Of a stretch of 40,000 nucleotides of DNA, positions 29,521 through 40,000 are shown piece by piece. This stretch comes from Escherichia coli. Its GTDB lineage: Bacteria; Pseudomonadota; Gammaproteobacteria; Enterobacterales; Enterobacteriaceae. Made by a program: the position numbers and the translations under genes. Below the pieces are notes generated by a model. That model saw nothing but the letters and a program-made list of their open reading frames with translations. It ran no database searches and had not been told where the DNA came from. Location of the stretch: NCBI RefSeq assembly GCF_038396525.1, contig NZ_CP147050.1; one strand, written 5' to 3'. The number at the start of each line of letters is the position of its first letter. The first letter of the stretch is position 1.

Positions 29521-30939
29521 ATGGTTACTATCAATACGGAATCTGCTTTAACGCCACGTTCTTTGCGGGATACGCGGCGTATGAATATGTTTGTTTCGGT
29601 AGCTGCTGCGGTCGCAGGATTGTTATTTGGTCTTGATATCGGCGTAATCGCCGGAGCGTTGCCGTTCATTACCGATCACTTTGTGCTGACCAGTCGTTTG
29701 CAGGAATGGGTGGTTAGTAGCATGATGCTCGGTGCAGCAATTGGTGCGCTGTTTAATGGTTGGCTGTCGTTCCGCCTGGGGCGTAAATACAGCCTGATGG
29801 CGGGGGCCATCCTGTTTGTACTCGGTTCTATAGGGTCCGCTTTTGCGACCAGCGTAGAGATGTTAATCGCCGCTCGTGTGGTGCTGGGCATTGCTGTCGG
29901 GATCGCGTCTTACACCGCTCCTCTGTATCTTTCTGAAATGGCAAGTGAAAACGTTCGCGGTAAGATGATCAGTATGTACCAGTTGATGGTCACACTCGGC
30001 ATCGTGCTGGCGTTTTTATCCGATACAGCGTTCAGTTATAGCGGTAACTGGCGCGCAATGTTGGGGGTTCTTGCTTTACCAGCAGTTCTGCTGATTATTC
30101 TGGTAGTCTTCCTGCCAAATAGCCCGCGCTGGCTGGCGGAAAAGGGGCGTCATATTGAGGCGGAAGAAGTATTGCGTATGCTGCGCGATACGTCGGAAAA
30201 AGCGCGAGAAGAACTCAACGAAATTCGTGAAAGCCTGAAGTTAAAACAGGGCGGTTGGGCACTGTTTAAGATCAACCGTAACGTCCGTCGTGCTGTGTTT
30301 CTCGGTATGTTGTTGCAGGCGATGCAGCAGTTTACCGGTATGAACATCATCATGTACTACGCGCCGCGTATCTTCAAAATGGCGGGCTTTACGACCACAG
30401 AACAACAGATGATTGCGACTCTGGTCGTAGGGCTGACCTTTATGTTCGCCACCTTTATTGCGGTGTTTACGGTAGATAAAGCAGGGCGTAAACCGGCTCT
30501 GAAAATTGGTTTCAGCGTGATGGCGTTAGGCACTCTGGTGCTGGGCTATTGCCTGATGCAGTTTGATAACGGTACGGCTTCCAGTGGCTTGTCCTGGCTC
30601 TCTGTTGGCATGACGATGATGTGTATTGCCGGTTATGCGATGAGCGCCGCGCCAGTGGTGTGGATCCTGTGCTCTGAAATTCAGCCGCTGAAATGCCGCG
30701 ATTTCGGTATTACCTGTTCGACCACCACGAACTGGGTGTCGAATATGATTATCGGCGCGACCTTCCTGACGCTGCTCGACAGCATTGGCGCTGCCGGTAC
30801 GTTCTGGCTCTACACTGCGCTGAACATTGCGTTTGTGGGCATCACTTTCTGGCTCATTCCGGAAACCAAAAATGTCACGCTGGAACATATCGAACGCAAA
30901 CTGATGGCAGGCGAGAAGTTGAGAAATATCGGCATCTGA
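29521..30939 (+). CDS. araE: Arabinose:H+ symporter (MFS)
   Basis: 472 aa from [15 protein letters not shown]...; MFS sugar porter motifs 'RLGRK' and 'ESPRWL'-like '[11 protein letters not shown]'. Confidence 0.96.
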
Positions 30940-30945
30940 TTTCAC

Positions 30946-30978
30946 GGGCCGGATGTGCTGTACATCCGGCCCTTTTTT
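30946..30978 (+). terminator. Rho-independent terminator after araE
   Basis: GGGCCGGATGTGCTGTACATCCGGCCC followed by TTTTTT. Confidence 0.9.
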
Positions 30979-31067
30979 CGTTAATAGAGATCGGGCACTT
31001 GGCCGTTGAGGCGTTTGTCTCGTTCCTTATTCAGCCTTGTTGCGGTAACGCACATCAGGAGAGAGGA

Positions 31068-31760
31068 ATGAAAACAATTGGTTTGCTGGGAGGAATGAGC
31101 TGGGAATCCACCATTCCTTACTATCGTTTGATAAATGAAGGCATTAAACAGCGGCTTGGTGGGCTTCACTCTGCGCAAGTGCTGCTACATAGCGTCGATT
31201 TTCATGAAATAGAAGAGTGCCAGCGTCGCGGGGAATGGGATAAAACCGGGGACATTCTGGCTGAGGCGGCGCTTGGCTTACAGCGGGCGGGCGCAGAAGG
31301 TATTGTGTTATGTACCAATACGATGCATAAAGTGGCGGATGCCATTGAGTCACGTTGCACTCTGCCTTTCTTACACATTGCGGATGCCACCGGACGTGCA
31401 ATTACCGGGGCCGGAATGACTCGTGTGGCGCTGCTGGGTACGCGTTACACCATGGAACAGGATTTTTATCGCGGGCGGCTGACGGAACAATTTTCCATCA
31501 ATTGTCTTATTCCTGAAGCGGATGAACGGGCGAAAATTAATCAGATTATTTTTGAAGAACTGTGTCTGGGGCAATTTACCGAAGCGTCACGCGCTTATTA
31601 TGCGCAAGTGATTGCTCGCCTTGCAGAACAGGGCGCACAGGGCGTCATTTTTGGCTGCACAGAAATTGGTTTACTGGTGCCAGAAGAGCGCAGTGTTTTG
31701 CCTGTGTTTGATACCGCGGCGATCCATGCCGAGGATGCTGTCGCTTTTATGCTGTCGTAG
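31068..31760 (+). CDS. ygeA: Asp/Glu racemase superfamily, broad-specificity amino acid racemase
   Basis: 230 aa [15 protein letters not shown]...; 'LCTNTMHK' and 'FGCTEIG' catalytic Cys motifs; SD GAGAGG. Confidence 0.94.
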
Positions 31761-32682
31761 CTGACGACAAAATAGCGTCAAGAGAAGTGACCAGTTTCGG
31801 TAACCCCGCTTGTAAATGCCCACTAAACGCCTGAACCAGCGCTGATGACGGGCGGTGCAGGGGGCGGATCAGGCTGACGGTGAACGGAACCGCAATACTG
31901 AACCGCCGCACCACTAAACCGCTTGCCGCATAATCTAGTGCGGTGAGCGGGTTAACCACCGAAACACCTACCCCCGCCCGTACCATTGCGCAGACTGACG
32001 CGGCGCTGTGGGTTTCTACGATCATGCGTCGTTTAACCTGATGTTCAGTAAATAGCTGATCCAGCAACTGGCGATAGCTGTCAGTACGGGAAAGGCTGAT
32101 GTAGTTCTCACCCTGAAAATCATCCGGCGTTAATACCTTTTTTACCGCCAGCGGATGACCCGGAGGTAACACACACACTTCATCTAAAGAGAGTAATTCG
32201 GTACGTTCTGTTCCCGCAGGCGTATGGAGCGTTTCAGTGAGTCCTAAATCATGACGCTGGGCCGAGAGCCACTCTTCAAGTAGCGGTGATTCCTGGGGCA
32301 CGATATTTAAGCTGACATCGGGATAACGTGCCAGAAAGGGTTGCAGGAGCTGCGGTAAAAAAGATTGCGAAAAGACCGGCAGGCAGGCAATAGACAGTTC
32401 TCCCTGGCGAAACTCGCGCAGACTTTCTGCGGCGCTGACAATGCGATCCAGTCCGTACCAGGATCGTTGCACTTCTTCAAACAGACGCAGTCCTTGCACG
32501 GTAGGATGTAATCGCCCACGTACGCGCTCAAACAATTTCAGCCCGATCACCTTCTCAAAGCGCGCAAGTTCGCGGCTGACGGTTGGCTGTGAGGTGTGTA
32601 GCAGGTGTGCCGCCTCAGTCAGGCTTCCGGCGGTCATTACCGCATGAAAAATTTCAATATGACGTAAGTTAACGGCGGCCAT
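31747..32682 (-). CDS. lysR: LysR transcriptional activator of lysA
   Basis: 311 aa LTTR with N-terminal HTH; divergent from lysA. Confidence 0.95.
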
Positions 32683-32803
32683 TAGCGCTCTCTCGCAATC
32701 CGGTAATCCATATCATTTTTGCATAGACTCGACATAAATCGATATTTTTTATTCTTTTTATGATGTGGCGTAATCATAAAAAAGCACTTATCTGGAGTTT
32801 GTT

Positions 32804-34066
32804 ATGCCACATTCACTGTTCAGCACCGATACCGATCTCACCGCCGAAAATCTGCTGCGTTTGCCCGCTGAATTTGGCTGCCCGGTGTGGGTCTACGATG
32901 CGCAAATTATTCGTCGGCAGATTGCAGCGCTGAAACAGTTTGATGTGGTGCGCTTTGCACAGAAAGCCTGTTCCAATATTCATATTTTGCGCTTAATGCG
33001 TGAGCAGGGCGTGAAAGTGGATTCCGTCTCGTTAGGCGAAATAGAGCGTGCGTTGGCGGCGGGTTACAATCCGCAAACGCACCCCGATGATATTGTTTTT
33101 ACGGCAGATGTTATCGATCAGGCGACGCTTGAACGCGTCAGTGAATTGCAAATTCCGGTGAATGCGGGTTCTGTTGATATGCTCGACCAACTGGGCCAGG
33201 TTTCGCCAGGGCATCGGGTATGGCTGCGCGTTAATCCGGGGTTTGGTCACGGACATAGCCAAAAAACCAATACCGGTGGCGAAAACAGCAAGCACGGTAT
33301 CTGGTACACCGATCTGCCCGCCGCACTGGACGTGATACAACGTCATCATCTGCAGCTGGTCGGCATTCACATGCACATTGGTTCTGGCGTTGATTATGCC
33401 CATCTGGAACAGGTGTGTGGTGCTATGGTGCGTCAGGTCATCGAATTCGGTCAGGATTTACAGGCTATTTCTGCGGGCGGTGGGCTTTCTGTTCCTTATC
33501 AACAGGGTGAAGAGGCGGTTGATACCGAACATTATTATGGTCTGTGGAATGCCGCGCGTGAGCAAATCGCCCGCCATTTGGGCCACCCTGTGAAACTGGA
33601 AATTGAACCGGGTCGCTTCCTGGTAGCGCAGTCTGGCGTATTAATTACTCAGGTGCGGAGCGTCAAACAAATGGGGAGCCGCCACTTTGTGCTGGTTGAT
33701 GCCGGGTTCAACGATCTGATGCGCCCGGCAATGTACGGTAGTTACCACCATATCAGTGCCCTGGCAGCTGATGGTCGTTCTCTGGAACACGCGCCAACGG
33801 TGGAAACCGTCGTCGCCGGACCGTTATGTGAATCGGGCGATGTCTTTACCCAGCAGGAAGGGGGAAATGTTGAAACCCGCGCCTTGCCGGAAGTGAAGGC
33901 AGGTGATTATCTGGTACTGCATGATACAGGGGCATATGGCGCATCAATGTCATCCAACTACAATAGCCGTCCGCTGTTACCAGAAGTTCTGTTTGATAAT
34001 GGTCAGGCGCGGTTGATTCGCCGTCGCCAGACCATCGAAGAATTACTGGCGCTGGAATTGCTTTAA
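32804..34066 (+). CDS. lysA: Diaminopimelate decarboxylase
   Basis: 420 aa; PLP motif 'FAQKACSNIHILRL'; divergent lysR. Confidence 0.97.
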   Translation: MPHSLFSTDTDLTAENLLRLPAEFGCPVWVYDAQIIRRQIAALKQFDVVRFAQKACSNIHILRLMREQGVKVDSVSLGEIERALAAGYNPQTHPDDIVFTADVIDQATLERVSELQIPVNAGSVDMLDQLGQVSPGHRVWLRVNPGFGHGHSQKTNTGGENSKHGIWYTDLPAALDVIQRHHLQLVGIHMHIGSGVDYAHLEQVCGAMVRQVIEFGQDLQAISAGGGLSVPYQQGEEAVDTEHYYGLWNAAREQIARHLGHPVKLEIEPGRFLVAQSGVLITQVRSVKQMGSRHFVLVDAGFNDLMRPAMYGSYHHISALAADGRSLEHAPTVETVVAGPLCESGDVFTQQEGGNVETRALPEVKAGDYLVLHDTGAYGASMSSNYNSRPLLPEVLFDNGQARLIRRRQTIEELLALELL

Positions 34067-34072
34067 CTGCGG

Positions 34073-35104
34073 TTAGTCGCTGGTTGCATGATGACTTGCC
34101 TCCAGCGACGGAGTTGACACTGAATGACGACGTACCAGCGTCGGACTAAAGACATTAGTGATTTCCGGGAGAGGGCGATTATCCGCCAGCGCCAAAGCCA
34201 GTTCGGCAGCCTGGGTCGCCATCGTCACGATTGGGTAACGCACGGTGGTCAGGCGCGGACGCACATAGCGTGACACCAGCACATCATCAAAGCCAATTAA
34301 CGAAATCTCACCCGGTACATCAATACCATTATCATTGAGAACGCCCATCGCACCCGCCGCCATTGAATCGTTATAACAGGCTACCGCAGTGAAATTTCTT
34401 CCTCGTCCCAAAAGCTCGGTCATTGCCTGTTCGCCGCCGCTTTCGTCTGGTTCGCCAAATGTCACCAGCCGGTCATTGGCCGCAATACCACTTTCAGCAA
34501 GGGCATCGTAATACCCTTGCAGACGATCTTCGGCGTCAGAAATAGAGTGGTTAGAGCACAGATAACCAATGCGGGTATGACCTTGCTGAATTAAATGACG
34601 CGTTGCCAGCCAGGCACCGTAACGATCGTCAAGAGCAATACAACGGTTTTCAAAGCCAGGCAGGATACGGTTGATCAGCACCATACCGGGCATTTGTTTC
34701 ATTAATGAGGCTAAATCGGCATCCGGGATCATTTTGGCATGGACGACCAACGCAGCACAGCGATGGCGGATCAGTTGCTCAATAGCCTGACGCTCTTTTT
34801 GTTCGTTGTGGTAACCGTTGCCAATCAATAAGAAATTACCGGTGTGATAAGCCACCTGTTCGACCGCTTTCACCATTGCACCGAAAAACGGATCGGAAAC
34901 ATCACCAACGATCAGACCGACCGTTTCAGTGGTCTGCTGCGCCAGCGCACGGGCGTTGGCGTTCGGGTGATAGCTAAGAGACTCCATTGCACTATGCACA
35001 GCCAGCCGGGAAGCTTCACTGGCTTTAGGTGAATTATTAATGACGCGGGAAACGGTGGCGACTGAAACGCCTGCCAGTCGGGCTACATCCTTTATGGTCG
35101 CCAT
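34073..35104 (-). CDS. galR: GalR, LacI-family repressor
   Basis: 343 aa MATIKDVARLAGVSVATVSRVINNSPKAS.... Confidence 0.97.
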   Translation of the reverse strand: MATIKDVARLAGVSVATVSRVINNSPKASEASRLAVHSAMESLSYHPNANARALAQQTTETVGLIVGDVSDPFFGAMVKAVEQVAYHTGNFLLIGNGYHNEQKERQAIEQLIRHRCAALVVHAKMIPDADLASLMKQMPGMVLINRILPGFENRCIALDDRYGAWLATRHLIQQGHTRIGYLCSNHSISDAEDRLQGYYDALAESGIAANDRLVTFGEPDESGGEQAMTELLGRGRNFTAVACYNDSMAAGAMGVLNDNGIDVPGEISLIGFDDVLVSRYVRPRLTTVRYPIVTMATQAAELALALADNRPLPEITNVFSPTLVRRHSVSTPSLEASHHATSD

Positions 35105-35317
35105 GAAAATACCTTAGTGGGTAAACGCTTACATTCTTTCAGTGTTACGGAAAACGCCCGTTGGTTCAAGGGGTGGCGTGTTTTCATCGTGGGAATGTGA
35201 GCCAAACGCAAATAAGTAAGACAAAAAAAGAGATTGCAAACCTTTGGTTACACTTTGCGAAACGCTGTTGCGATTGACCGCTGGTGGCGTTTGGCTTCAG
35301 GTTGCTAAAGTGGTGAT

Positions 35318-35399
35318 CCCAGAGGTATTGATAGGTGAAGTCAACTTCGGGTTGAGCACATGAATTACACCAGCCTGCGCAGATGCGCAGGTTTTTTTT
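35318..35399 (+). ncRNA. omrB: OmrB small RNA
   Basis: CCCAGAGGTATTGATAGGTGAAG...CAGCCTGCGCAGATGCGCAGGTTTTTTTT; conserved 5' seed and terminator. Confidence 0.93.
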
Positions 35400-35514
35400 G
35401 GCCGGTCATCAATCTGTAACAGTAACCGACAATTTACACACCTCGTTGCATTTCCCTTCATTCCTTTGCGTTTTCTCGCTGGCGAAGAGTCGTCGTGCAG
35501 ACCACAATCAAGAT

Positions 35515-35602
35515 CCCAGAGGTATTGATTGGTGAGATTATTCGGTACGCTCTTCGTACCCTGTCTCTTGCACCAACCTGCGCGGATGCGCAGGTTTTTT
35601 TT
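35515..35602 (+). ncRNA. omrA: OmrA small RNA
   Basis: CCCAGAGGTATTGATTGGTGAGATTATTCGG...CAACCTGCGCGGATGCGCAGGTTTTTTTT; shares its 5' end and terminator with OmrB. Confidence 0.93.
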
Positions 35603-35668
35603 CGCACCTAATTTACTGTCGCTCGCGTTCTTTATCTCGTGTAATCTCCCTCCATTCGCTTTTACTGA

Positions 35669-39035
<3,367 letters not shown>

Positions 39036-39040
39036 TATTT

Positions 39041-39062
39041 AACGCCGGTTTTAACCGGCGTT
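39041..39062. terminator. Bidirectional terminator between convergent lplT and tas
   Basis: Perfect palindrome AACGCCGGTTTTAACCGGCGTT. Confidence 0.75.
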
Positions 39063-39066
39063 AATC

Positions 39067-40000
39067 TTATGGTGCCGGATAAGTATAAACCTGATGCACA
39101 GCTTCAATTTCAGCTAATACGTCTTCGCTTAACTCCAGATGCAAACTTTCGACGTTAGTTTTCAACTGCTCCATCGTGGTTGCGCCCAGCAGAGTGCTGG
39201 CAACAAACGGTTGACGGCGTACAAATGCGAGCGCCATTTGAGCAGGGTCCAGGCCATGACGTCTGGCAATATCAACATACGCCGCGACGGCTTTTTGCGT
39301 TTGCTCACCGCTATAGCGGGTGAACCGACTAAAGAGCGTATTACGTGCGCCAGCGGGTTTTGCACCATTGAGATATTTCCCGGTCAGCGTACCGAAACCC
39401 AGGCACGAATAGGCCAGCAGTTCGACCCCTTCATACTGGCTGACTTCTGCCAGACCTACTTCAAAACTGCGGTTTAACAGACTGTAGGGGTTCTGAATGG
39501 TGACAATACGCGGCAGATCGTGTTTGTCCGCCAGATGCAGGTAGCGCATTACGCCAAATGCAGTTTCGTTCGACACGCCGATATAACGAATTTTTCCCGC
39601 GCGTTGGTACTCTGCCAGTGCGTCCAGCGTATCCAGCAGCGAAACTGCAGGCGCAGAATCCGTCCAGCTATAACCGAGTTTGCCAAAGCAGTTGGTTGGG
39701 CGCTGCGGCCAGTGCACCTGATAAAGATCGAGGTAATCAGTCTGTAGGCGCTTGAGGCTGTCATGCAGCGCTTCGCGGATATTCTTCCGATCCAGCGCCT
39801 GATCCGGGCGGATGCCCTTGTCATTATTGCGCGACGGTCCGCTCACTTTGGAGGCGATAATTAACTTTTCGCGGCTGCCATGTTTCGCCAGCCAGTTGCC
39901 GACGTAGGTTTCGGTTAACCCTTGCGTTTCGGGGCGCGGAGGTACTGGGTACATTTCGGCAACGTCGATAAGGTTAATGCCCTGAGCAACGGCATAGTCG
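39067..40000 (-). CDS. tas: Aldo-keto reductase family protein, 5' end beyond the window
   Basis: The frame stays open to the window edge (...DYAVAQGINLIDVAEMYPVPPRPETQG...); AKR motifs throughout. Confidence 0.93.
   Translation of the reverse strand, partial: DYAVAQGINLIDVAEMYPVPPRPETQGLTETYVGNWLAKHGSREKLIIASKVSGPSRNNDKGIRPDQALDRKNIREALHDSLKRLQTDYLDLYQVHWPQRPTNCFGKLGYSWTDSAPAVSLLDTLDALAEYQRAGKIRYIGVSNETAFGVMRYLHLADKHDLPRIVTIQNPYSLLNRSFEVGLAEVSQYEGVELLAYSCLGFGTLTGKYLNGAKPAGARNTLFSRFTRYSGEQTQKAVAAYVDIARRHGLDPAQMALAFVRRQPFVASTLLGATTMEQLKTNVESLHLELSEDVLAEIEAVHQVYTYPAP

Noticed and set aside
30693-31067. Extended upstream portion of the 355 aa ORF ending at 31760
   Set aside because: Runs through the araE 3' end and its terminator; the real ygeA start is the ATG at 31068 with a GAGAGG ribosome site.
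34844-35032. 62 aa plus-strand ORF within galR
   Set aside because: Antisense shadow of the GalR coding region.

Overview
This is an Escherichia coli/Shigella-type chromosomal segment, inverted relative to the usual K-12 map. From left to right it holds: (1) the anaerobic purine-catabolism block yqeA-hyuA-ygeY-ygeX-ygeW, divergent from the sigma54 activator ygeV, then xdhC-xdhB-xdhA and ygeR; (2) tRNA-Gly(CCC), a P4-like integrase truncated by IS1, and an AT-rich remnant of the ETT2 type III secretion island. That remnant keeps a SctL/OrgB-like 3' fragment, ygeK, a frameshifted pbl/iagB-like gene, ygeI, ygeH, ygeG, ygeF, yqeK, yqeJ, yqeI and yqeH, but no complete T3SS structural gene; (3) conserved backbone: yqeG, yqeF, kduI, kduD, araE, ygeA, lysR, lysA, galR, the sRNAs OmrB and OmrA, aas, lplT and a partial tas. 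I did not find a clearly new multi-gene system. The best second-look items are: an IS1-flanked deletion (no 9-bp target duplication) that fused a broken integrase to a broken T3SS gene; paired sigma54 promoter candidates and a TGATACGTATCA palindrome suggesting a YgeV regulon; a probable longer XdhA start; a single-base frameshift separating the signal peptide from the pbl lytic transglycosylase domain; YgeK with a receiver lacking the phospho-acceptor Asp; a Cys-rich YqeH N-terminus; the YqeI/YqeJ co-component pair with an upstream palindrome; and an unlisted 21-27 aa hydrophobic smORF near yqeK. All gene names come from recalled family and synteny knowledge; no database search was run.
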